Of a stretch of DNA of 64,000 nucleotides, positions 10,246 to 19,900 are shown piece after piece. The position numbers were made by a program, and so were the translations under genes. Source of the DNA: a virus; IMG/VR virus record IMGVR_UViG_3300018890_000001, positions 135,764 to 199,763 of that record; one strand, given 5' to 3'. Within the stretch, counting starts at the first letter, position 1. Every line of letters starts with the position of its first letter. The notes beneath the pieces were generated by a model. That model was not told where the DNA came from and ran no database searches. It saw only the letters and a list, made by a program, of their open reading frames with translations.

Positions 10246-12204
10246 ATGACATTTATCAATGTGAAAACCTTCAAAACCGCAATCTCGCTGATTGCCAAAA
10301 TAAGTGATCAATATACAGCACTTCACTTGTCGAAAGATAGTGAGCTGTCATTCAGGACATGGTTTGGAAGCAATGGTTGGGTTAGTCTCCCAGTCGAGTC
10401 AAGTACGATTAAAGAAAGATCGAAAACAGCAAGTAAGTCAGTTACTGTTTCAACAGCATTGCTTGCTAAAATAGTGCGACAACTTCCAATCTTATTAGAA
10501 GAAATTGAAATTGAATTCGCACCGCCAGGATTAATAATTTCTGGCGAGTACGGTACGAAAGGGAAAGATCAACCGTTGTACTCGTACAGATACGAATTGG
10601 GGAATTGTTCATATTTCCCCGATGGTGAATGCGATATGACTGAAGAAAAGGTCATCGAATTTCAGGTAGGTGCAGAAATTGCTATCGTCCTGAGCAATGC
10701 AGCTACGCTTGCACAAAAATCTTCATATTCGATGTGGGACAATGTGTTTCTAGCTTGCAAAGAAGATGAAATTCTCATCACAGGAACAGACGGGCATCAA
10801 CTGATGCAAAAATACGTCTATACCAAAGAGATGTTGACTCAAAATATAGATTTTGTAGTCAGTTCGGAATTAGGGCTGGCGATCGGAAAGTTCGCTTTCG
10901 AGATCGCCCACTTTGATATTTACCAAAACTTTGTCAAGGTAACACTTGATGATTCCATCGAAATATTCGCGGTTCGCCCATTAACGCCAGAAAAATTCCC
11001 TGACTTTGAGAAATGGGACGATAAGGCGCATCACACTACGCTTGTAGTTGATATTAATGAACTGAAGTCCCGGTTAAACAAGCTTGGGAAGGATGTTTGG
11101 ATATGGCTATACGTAGAAAATGATGGAAGGCTGGCGATCGAATGCTTTGAAGGTGATAGCGTTGGAGTCTCATGGATAAAAAATACCTTAAAGACACCAC
11201 CAGCGCTAATAGTCCTCAACAGCAAACGGTTGTTGCAGACATTGAAAACAGCCAAAAAAACAACAACTCAAATACGATTAATGCTACCTAAATTAGTAGC
11301 AGAATCCGAGTTTGACGATTTCCTTAACGGAATTAATGACGACCGACGCAATGTAGCGTTCCTTGAGTTCGACAAGAATTCTCACCTCATTGCCGGACAC
11401 AAAAAAGAAAAATTGCGGACACCTCCAGGTATTCGTAATTGGCTGATCGCTCAAGGGTGGTCAATCTTGCCAGAGAGTAAACCCGTATCGACTGCTGCGA
11501 AATCAGTAGTTAAGATCCTTAGCGATCGCTGGACGGGTAAGGGTTGGGAAAAACCCGAACTCGTAGCCTGTGGTTGCGGGACGATTCATGACGAATCCGA
11601 CCTAAAACCGCAACTCAAAAAAGTAAAAGGTTATTGCGACCACTGCGAAGATTATCGCGAAATCGCACTATATCAAATCGACTATCGCTGCATAAATCCA
11701 ACGTGTAATACATTGAATCGCGCAATGGTCGATCGCCCACTACCTGTTCCGATCTGCATGAACTGCGGAAAGGATGAGTTCACAACGCAGCATCATTTTG
11801 AGTGCTGTGACTGTGAAAGACCTGTAACGGTCAATAATTGCAAGGTCTGTCCTTGTGACACGATCTTAGAAGAAGACGCGGCAATGTGGCAATGTAGTGT
11901 TTGTGAATCTACTTTCTTCGTGGACGATATCTGTGACGAAGAAGATTTGCAGTACATTCAAGAAACCGAAGCTGATGACGCTATTTTTGTCGGATGCCCG
12001 TGCTGTGAACGATTTGATGTTGAGCTGACTAGCTCACAAATGCACTCGTGTCACGAGTGCGGTTCTATAACGCACGATTCTTTTTACGTTCCGGCGATCG
12101 AAGCGCCTTCGCTTCCCTGTCCGGACTGTAATGAAGACCTAAGTGACGTACCACCACAAAAGATTAACGATCCATTTGTGGTTGGTAGCGTGACACGGTT
12201 CTAA
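10246..12204 (+). CDS. Beta-clamp-like protein fused to a Cys-rich multi-zinc-ribbon C-terminus
   Basis: ITGTDGHQL (compare ATDGHRL), KFPDF and LNSKRLLQTL; about ten CxxC-type pairs in the last ~210 aa. Confidence 0.65.
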   Translation: MTFINVKTFKTAISLIAKISDQYTALHLSKDSELSFRTWFGSNGWVSLPVESSTIKERSKTASKSVTVSTALLAKIVRQLPILLEEIEIEFAPPGLIISGEYGTKGKDQPLYSYRYELGNCSYFPDGECDMTEEKVIEFQVGAEIAIVLSNAATLAQKSSYSMWDNVFLACKEDEILITGTDGHQLMQKYVYTKEMLTQNIDFVVSSELGLAIGKFAFEIAHFDIYQNFVKVTLDDSIEIFAVRPLTPEKFPDFEKWDDKAHHTTLVVDINELKSRLNKLGKDVWIWLYVENDGRLAIECFEGDSVGVSWIKNTLKTPPALIVLNSKRLLQTLKTAKKTTTQIRLMLPKLVAESEFDDFLNGINDDRRNVAFLEFDKNSHLIAGHKKEKLRTPPGIRNWLIAQGWSILPESKPVSTAAKSVVKILSDRWTGKGWEKPELVACGCGTIHDESDLKPQLKKVKGYCDHCEDYREIALYQIDYRCINPTCNTLNRAMVDRPLPVPICMNCGKDEFTTQHHFECCDCERPVTVNNCKVCPCDTILEEDAAMWQCSVCESTFFVDDICDEEDLQYIQETEADDAIFVGCPCCERFDVELTSSQMHSCHECGSITHDSFYVPAIEAPSLPCPDCNEDLSDVPPQKINDPFVVGSVTRF

Positions 12205-12302
12205 AACAAAAACCCAGAGATCGTCTTATCTCTGGGTTTTTTGATGTTAAATATATTTGATTTTCTGGTATAATAATAGAGTAAAGTTATAGAAACAAAT
12301 TC

Positions 12303-12581
12303 ATGACAACTACAACTAAGAAAACCACCTTTCAATTGCTTGAAAGCTTGAATTGGTGTTCGCGGACTGAGTTCGCGATCACCGCGATCGTTTGGATAGT
12401 TAAGTACGGTATGTCGCTCAATGAGCCAGATATTCAGTCACAGAATTTTGTCTTAGTAATGTTCGGATGCTTCGCTTGGAGTGTTCCGTTTCTGATACTT
12501 CAAAGATGGGTCAAGAAAATTCCGAAAGGAATTGCATGGCTCTGGATCAAATTGATTCAGAAACTTAAACTTGACACGTAA
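12303..12581 (+). CDS. Small membrane protein
   Basis: 92 aa with two hydrophobic segments. Confidence 0.6.
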   Translation: MTTTTKKTTFQLLESLNWCSRTEFAITAIVWIVKYGMSLNEPDIQSQNFVLVMFGCFAWSVPFLILQRWVKKIPKGIAWLWIKLIQKLKLDT

Positions 12582-12666
12582 ACAATTAAACAAAAAGCCC
12601 CGCAGGGTATTAATCCTGCGGGGCTTCTTTGTGTTTTCAATCAATTACTCAGTATCTTACAAATAG

Positions 12667-13014
12667 TTAGCGGTTTACGTTTTCTTGCCAATTTTGCCAA
12701 AAGAGAAAACGACTTATATTGTCATTCCCACATAGCCAACAAGTTTCTTTAGATATATTTCTTGATGGAATTGAGAGAAGCCAACCGTCTTCTTCTAATT
12801 CGTTCAATACTGACTCTGTTGCGACGTGCGTATCCCCTATTTTCTTAGCAATCGTCAGCATTGTGCTGTCGTCATCTTCGATAAAAGCTTTTAAGACTTT
12901 TCGCTTTATCTCGCTAAGCTCTCCGAACCGGATACTGAGTAGTATTACTTCGCTGTGTTTGTCTAGATATTTATTTGTAAGTTCTTTATCTATGTGTTTT
13001 AGTTTTTTGTTCAT
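12667..13014 (-). CDS. Winged-HTH protein
   Basis: STMLTIAKKIG..TESVLNELEEDGWL. Confidence 0.6.
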   Translation of the reverse strand: MNKKLKHIDKELTNKYLDKHSEVILLSIRFGELSEIKRKVLKAFIEDDDSTMLTIAKKIGDTHVATESVLNELEEDGWLLSIPSRNISKETCWLCGNDNISRFLFWQNWQENVNR

Positions 13015-13109
13015 GTTTTTGGGTTGTACCGTCTGTTTCTATCTTAGTGGGTGATCAGAGTCTTTAGTATAAAAAGCCCCGCAGGATTAATACCCTGCGG
13101 GGCTTTTTA

Positions 13110-14354
13110 TTATTTAACTTTAGGTTTGGTAACGGGTAGTTCTAGTTTTTCGACTAAGTAGTCAAAAATGCGCTCATCTGCACCAGAAGTTATTACCTTC
13201 CCCTGCGTGTTCAGTACGCCAATGCCACCAACTTCAAGCCAATCAGCATTGGCTTTAGTCCAGTCTATTAATGAAAGTTTTTGCAAAATGGCAAGTTTAC
13301 CTTCACCTAAAGGTTCTGTGGTCGGCATAAACACACTTTCCAACTTACCGATCGCCTTGACAGTAATTGCGTGTGTGGCGATCGTCTCCCGTCTGACTAT
13401 GACAGGATCTTGTTCCCAGTCTTTCATGACTTGAGAAATAGCGCGCCAATACTGACGAACTACTCGTTTTTGTTCGTCTATGGGGCTGTGCTTAATGTGT
13501 TTGCGAGAGAACTCGATCGCCTCCTGCAATGTTTTGTACGGGAAAATCTTTTCGCTTTTCCCAGTTATTGATGGTTTGCCGTATTCAATGCAATCTTGAG
13601 AAAATACGGAAATGCGATCGTCGTGATCTTGAGCGATAATGTGGGACACGAGGTGCGTCCCCGGATTGCGGTGATCCATCGATTTCGATAGACCTGTTGA
13701 AACCCGCGTTTGCTCTTCATTGATATCGCGAAACGCTTGTCTGCGGGCAATCACGCCGTCAATCTTGTAAAGTGTAGCCGTGATATATTCATCAGCTAGC
13801 GTCGGGTCTTCTCGCAAAGCGAGATTTAGACCAAGCAGGCGATGTTGTCCATCTAGAGGAAACAGTTTTGTTCCCTCGTGTAAGCAAAGTTCACCGTATC
13901 GTCCACCAACTTCAAAGAAGTCAAATCCGCCTTGAATCACAATTGTGACTGCGGGAAGAATATGCGATGTCCTGTTTGCTAACAAGTAAACAGAGAGTTT
14001 TTTGACTTTCGGTCCTTTAACCTCACGTTGAATACGCTCCGGTTGCGGAACATTTTTTTCTGCAAATGTCAGTAGTTCTGAAAGATCACCAATTTTTAGC
14101 TGAACTGCATAAAATTCGCGGTCTGCCTGGATGCCTTTTAGTGCATCAAACTTTATCCAACATGGTTGGCTGGCGATCGGTTCGATCTGCTCTTCACCTA
14201 TTATGGGTTTAGCAAATTCGACTGGTGTTTCCTCTTGAGAGGCATCTAACTGCTTTTGAGCTTCTGCTAGAGACTTCAACACGCCTGGTTTGGAGGAGGG
14301 CGAAGCTTTACTCGCGGGAGTCACCGATTTACTAGAACTTTTTTTGATTGACAT
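13110..14354 (-). CDS. DGQHR domain (DndB-like) protein
   Basis: IQR, LDGQHR and QAFRDIN motifs. Confidence 0.85.
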   Translation of the reverse strand: MSIKKSSSKSVTPASKASPSSKPGVLKSLAEAQKQLDASQEETPVEFAKPIIGEEQIEPIASQPCWIKFDALKGIQADREFYAVQLKIGDLSELLTFAEKNVPQPERIQREVKGPKVKKLSVYLLANRTSHILPAVTIVIQGGFDFFEVGGRYGELCLHEGTKLFPLDGQHRLLGLNLALREDPTLADEYITATLYKIDGVIARRQAFRDINEEQTRVSTGLSKSMDHRNPGTHLVSHIIAQDHDDRISVFSQDCIEYGKPSITGKSEKIFPYKTLQEAIEFSRKHIKHSPIDEQKRVVRQYWRAISQVMKDWEQDPVIVRRETIATHAITVKAIGKLESVFMPTTEPLGEGKLAILQKLSLIDWTKANADWLEVGGIGVLNTQGKVITSGADERIFDYLVEKLELPVTKPKVK

Positions 14355-14465
14355 AAATGGAACTTATTGATCGACTACATTTATATTTATATTATTAGGT
14401 GGATATATTCAAGCAAAAAGAAACCCACCAAACCAATTAATTTAATTGGTTTGGTGGGTTTCTTT

Positions 14466-14798
14466 TTACCATTCGTCTCTAGTTATTTTTAGGATTGACG
14501 TGGTGTAGTTGTTGTTTTCAAACAGCCAAGACTCAATCTTATCCCAAGCGTGACTCGGTGACTCACATAGAACAGGTAATTTTTGTCCGTCAGATAACTC
14601 GACTAGATGTACCGCCAGATCTTCAGTCCAGTAGTCCTCGTATTCGTCGTTATCTTCGACTTCTGTTTGTATAAACCAAGGGCTTTGTCTTTCTTGAGAC
14701 ATCAAATGTTCGACAATTGATACCGCTGTAGTGATTGCGTTACGTAGTGTAGCAGCAAAAGAAGCGATAGCTGTCAGTTGATTGATGAAGTAAATCAT
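14466..14798 (-). CDS. Hypothetical protein
   Basis: ATG 14798 with an AGGAG Shine-Dalgarno sequence; acidic C-terminal half. Confidence 0.65.
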   Translation of the reverse strand: MIYFINQLTAIASFAATLRNAITTAVSIVEHLMSQERQSPWFIQTEVEDNDEYEDYWTEDLAVHLVELSDGQKLPVLCESPSHAWDKIESWLFENNNYTTSILKITRDEW

Positions 14799-15007
14799 TT
14801 GCTTGACTCCTGGTTTTGTGTATTGAGAAGGTTCTCTTCTCTTGTATGTACTAATTATACTATGTATAAAGAATAAAAGCAATAGTTGCGTTCTCATAAG
14901 CTATATAAAGCGGGCGATCGACCAACTTAATTCAATCACCCGTTTGTTTTACTTGTTTTGATAATATTGCTATCGTACAATTAAAATGTACATCAATAGG
15001 AGTTATC

Positions 15008-15231
15008 ATGACTAACTGGGAAACAGTGTCTGACGAAATATTCTTGCAAGCACTAAGAAATCACTGTGTCAAAACTTGGGTAGCGTTCCTGATGCACCAG
15101 AAACAGAATCCGAAAAACATACGGTAATCAGTAATGGTAAAAACTTCTACGACACATATTCTGATTGGGTAGAAGAACTAGAAGAAGAAATTGCCAAATT
15201 GCAAAGCAATCCACTAAGGGTGATCGTTTAA
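15008..15231 (+). pseudogene. Frameshifted small gene
   Basis: AGGAG-preceded ATG (MTNWETVSDE..) continues sensibly only in another frame (..PETESEKH..WVEELEEEIAKL..). Confidence 0.5.
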
Positions 15232-15268
15232 GTCGATCGTCAGTAATTTTAATTAAGAAGAAAACAAA

Positions 15269-15508
15269 GTGAACCAACCTGAGAGCAAGCGTATGATTAG
15301 TTTAAAGCGCGCAGTCCACTTGGAAATTGGTAACGTAGTCGCGTTACCTGAAGGCACAGGCATTGTTGAAGCTGTTCGTCAAGAGCCACCTTTCTTTGGT
15401 AATGACAATGTTATTCGTGTAGGCTGGGCTGATGGCATGGGGTCGGTACTGCGTAATTATTTTTTACTTTCTGAAGCAGTACAAGTCGTAAACGCGGGCG
15501 ATATCTAG
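15269..15508 (+). CDS. Hypothetical protein
   Basis: 79-aa GTG-start ORF, LEIGNVV..GIVEAV. Confidence 0.55.
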   Translation: MNQPESKRMISLKRAVHLEIGNVVALPEGTGIVEAVRQEPPFFGNDNVIRVGWADGMGSVLRNYFLLSEAVQVVNAGDI

Positions 15509-15615
15509 GTAGGGTGTTGTGATCACTCATTTGAAATAAACCTCACAATAAAAAACAGACCTCTTTCAAGAGTTAACTTGAAAGAGGTCTGTTTTTTATT
15601 GGCAGGCGATCGCCC

Positions 15616-16458
15616 TTAGTCTGTGAAGTGAATTCTTGCTGGGCGTATCCGAGCTATGGCGACGGCATCTTCGTGAGGTATTGCACCGTCGAAATCCATC
15701 GCTTCAATTACGCGATCTTCCGCTCGTTCAATTACTCTCAAGACGTTTTCCGACAGATAATCGCGTGTTGGTGGGATATTACCAGGTTTGAGGTTGAAGT
15801 GCTTGCGGATATCGACAGCGGTGACACCCCAAAGCGCTTGGTAAATTTGGTTGGTGCACTGGGCATAGACTAGGGAGAAGTCTAGCGGGCGATCGGTTTC
15901 ATTTGTTTCTAGCCAGCCTTTGATGGCATCGGTCAATCCGCGTCGAACAACTTTCCCGGCAAGTCTTGCTTTGGTGCGTGCTTCGGCTTCCCCTGTTTTA
16001 TACACTCGACCAAACTTGTCATCAATGATGATGTCGAGTGTCGTTGACACCAGAGCGGTTACGATTCGACTCGCTAGTTCATTGTCTTGCTTGTCATGGT
16101 AGCGGTAATACTTGGCTGCGCTAATAGTGTCCCAGAGGTTGACTTTAGACCAAGCATTTTTAGAGTTCTTGTATCTCCCAGGACGATCAAAAACGATGTA
16201 TTCTTTTTCTGATTTTACCTCCGCACGTAGAGAGCTTTGCAACGTGGTGGAACTGCTTTCTAGTAAGTCTTTTAGCTCTTTGGGTAGTCGATTTTGCAAC
16301 GTGGTTTAGCGGTGTAATCCGATACTTTCGGCAAGCTGTCCTCCCGATAGGTAATTGATGAATTTGCCCGTAGTTGAGGAGACTTCGTTTGCTGTGTATG
16401 CGTCGATCGTGATTTTACCAATCGTAATTTCTGTTTTGAAAACAGTTAAAATTTCCAT
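15616..16458 (-). pseudogene. Antirepressor-like (P63C-type N-terminus) gene with in-frame TAA
   Basis: ATG 16458 (MEILTVFKTEITIG..) is in frame with the 15616 ORF but interrupted by TAA at 16306-16308. Its C-terminus is paralogous to 35912-36676. Confidence 0.65.
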
Positions 16459-16986
16459 AGTTGATCTGTGATAGAGGTTGGCTCATGCACCAGAAGTTTG
16501 CGCTTCGTGGTGCTATTTATATTTTACTAGAATTTGACGCTGTTTGAGTCTTGACGGGACGAGTGGTGAAACGCGCTAACTACAAGACTTTCAGTATACA
16601 TACAACGATTTTAAGACGGGTGGTTGCGTCTGATTTTTGCAAAGTGGTGGAAGTCTTGTCGGAGAAGGCTCTAGCGATTAAACTTATTGTTTTTGCAAAA
16701 TTGTTCGATCACCTGTTATTACAACGCATTATGTATAGTGGTGGATTCTTTTCGAGGCAAAGGTTTTGGAGTTTTAGATGGTGTTTTATGTATAGTGGTT
16801 AGATCTCCCATAAAAACCATCAGGACGTGTCGCAAAACCCTTATCCGATCGCCCATCACACCCTTCAATCCCACCTACTAGATCGCCCAAAAGGTACAGA
16901 TTTGGGCAAGCTGAGCGAGAATGAAGGGGACAACTAAATTTTCGCCCCACCTTCACCCAGGCAGCGCCATTACCGGCGCTTTTTTT

Positions 16987-19900
16987 ATGTCCGACCAGTA
17001 CGGCTTAGAGTCGAATTTTAAATTTGCTGCCTCCAGCAACTCGTTTTCACAGATGGATCGCGTGATCGCGCTGTTGGAAGGAATAGAGAAAGCGACCAAA
17101 GACACTGCCCAGACGATCGCCAACACGAGTCTGGGGAAAGACTTGATGAAGTCGCTCAATGCTGATGGAGTGAAGCGGGAAGGGAAAGAGATCCAGGGTG
17201 CTGTCAAGCAGATCGGTAACGCGCTAAGTCCTTTGAAAGCTGAGTTCCGCGCTTTGCGCGCTGAGTCTCGGAATATTGACTTTGGCGACATGACCGACAC
17301 ACATCAGTTTAAGCAAGCCGCCAGTGAAGTCGATCGTTACATCAAAAAACTGAAAGAGCTAGAAAACCAGATTAGTGGGGATTCTCCGGGCGATCGAGAA
17401 TTCAAAGCTGGACTGCAATCGCAGCAGCGAGCGGCTGGCAACAAAGTGCAAATGGCGAAAGCGAACCGAGATGCGGCGCTGGCGACCGAACGATTAAGTT
17501 TTTCGCAAGCAGTTCAAGGTGCTGGACAAGGAGTGATAGATACTTTCTCCGATCCCTTAGCGGCAGCAATGGAATTGCAACAAAGCCTGGGTGGTGTCAA
17601 AAAATTAGCAGATGATTTGAGCGCGGCTGGAGCACAAACTTTACAAAATCAAGTATTTAACTTATCGGCCAGACTTGGCATCGAAGATACTAAAGTTGCT
17701 TCCATTTTTGAAGACTTGGCTGGTTCTGGTAAAAAGTTTGGGGATGAGATGGGTGGTGTTGGCTCTCGAATTGCCGAAGTTGAACAGATCTTAAAAAACC
17801 AACAAGCACTTGATATTAGTGAAGGTGCAGCTACGCAGTTAGATGTGACGTTGGGTTCAATTTATAAAAATTTAGTATCTAAAGATCCGAATGCAATTGT
17901 TGAACTGAACGCTAGAGTCGCCTCTAGTGTTAACGAGCTTGCTGATAAATTAAGCGATGTAAGGATTTCGGCAGAAGATGTTATCCCAGTGATGAACGTC
18001 GTCATGAATACTGTCGGTGACGCAGCCAACTTCCCTATTGATCAAATCGCAGCTTATTCTGCGGCGATCGCCTCGCTAGGAACAATTGAGCCGGAAGCAG
18101 CGGGTTCGTTCTTTAACCGTTTGAGCGCCAAGATGTCTGAGAATACTGCGGCATTCGCTGGTGCCTTAAACATAAGCTCTGAGGAGTTTGAACGCAAACT
18201 AAATACCGATAAGTTAGGTGTAGTTACTGATTTAGCAGAAGCATATAAAAATGTTCAAGGTGGGGAACTAAAACAAGGCTCTTTCTTTGCGTCAATCGGT
18301 ATTGGTTCGGTGCAAGATCAAAAGTTATTACAAGGTTTATCTAACAATCTAGATACCTTGAGATCGGCTGCTGTCGTGTCCAAGGCTGGATTCATGGGTA
18401 AAGAAGTACATGAAACAATTGACGCTACTGGCAAAAAGGTAATGAGTTTAGGTGAAAATCTTAAACAATTATCGATAGACAAAGAAGTCGCGAATAGATT
18501 GCAGCAGGCTGATTTCCAATCTAAGCGATTTGAAACATCTCTGAAAGCGCTTAAAGACACATTGGGATCTGCGGTGGTGTCTGTACTCACGCCGTTAATG
18601 TCTATAGCTTCAGATATTATTGGTGCTTTTATATCGCTAACACAGATTGCTCCTGGGCTAACAAAGGTTGTTGCTTCACTTACTTTTGGTGCTGGTGCAT
18701 TAGCTGTAGCAATAGGTGGTGCTGGTGTTGCACTGTTTACTTTCCAACAAGCACAGGCTGTCGCCACAACGGCCGCGATCACGATGCAAAGTAGCTTAAT
18801 ACCGCTGACTGGATTTTTTCAAACTTCGATGAACGCATTCAAGGGTACATTCCCTTGGACGAACGCATTTAAACAGTCAACCGTAGTTGCGGAAGAGTTT
18901 GGGGTTGCTGCCAATGGTGCGAAAGGATTAATTGCAGGAGAACTGCAAACAGCATTTATCGGATTGCGCGCTCAAGTAATGATGACCAGTCAAGCTGCAC
19001 TAGGGATGGGCAGAGCATTTATGCTGTCACCACTTGGTATCGCTGTTGGCTCATTCTTGCTGCTCGACCAACTGCTGCAAAGAGCAAACCCTCAAGTGCG
19101 ACTGCTCGGTACTTTGTTTAGCGTGTTCAGTTCCGTCGCTGGTTTTGCATTCGGAATTTTGGAAGGCTTCGTCGGTGCGTTTCTTAAACTGCTGAAAGTA
19201 CCTGCCGGAGTTGCCGGAGGATTGCTTGCGTCACCGTTCACAGCGATCGCCCAAGCTTTAGAGTTTGCGATGGAAAGCTTCAAAAACTGGGAGCGCTCCG
19301 GGAAACACATAGGTGAAAGCATTTTCAATATTTTGGCGAATCCGTTTATCTTTGCTGCCAGTGCGACCGCTGGCGCGTGGGATAAAACAATCAGCTTTAT
19401 TGCAGGATTGTTGAAGCCGTTGGCTGACCTCGCAGCTTACATCGGTCACTTTATCCAAGGTTCTTTGTCTGAGGCGTCACCCGGACCTTCTTTGATGACG
19501 CGCAAGAATTGGGCGTTTACCGCAGCTTCAATGGTCGGTAGTTTCCTGTTAATGCAAGTCTCGTCAATAGTTACAGGTACAGCAATCCGAAAAGCTATGG
19601 GTGCAGCAGCAGCTTGGGTTGTAACAAACTGGCAAACAGCGGTTACAAACGTTAACAGTTTCTTCTCAGGATTGACGCTGCCCGACACACTCACCAACTT
19701 CGCTACCGAGATCGGTAACGCCTGGAACAATACTTTCGGGATGATGGCAAGTGGCTGGACTAATTTTGTCAATGTTTTCACATCCACAACGCCTGACTTT
19801 GGTGGTCTGGCATTCGCTGGTATGGCAGCGATGAAACCATTACTTGCCTGGGGTTTGCCCGACATCGTTTCAGAGAATTTCGACAAAATAACCCAACCTC

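Noticed and set aside
16551-16881. Short ORFs in the 16.5-16.9 kb and 35.56-35.82 kb islands
   Set aside because: No start signals and composition dominated by repeated DNA words.
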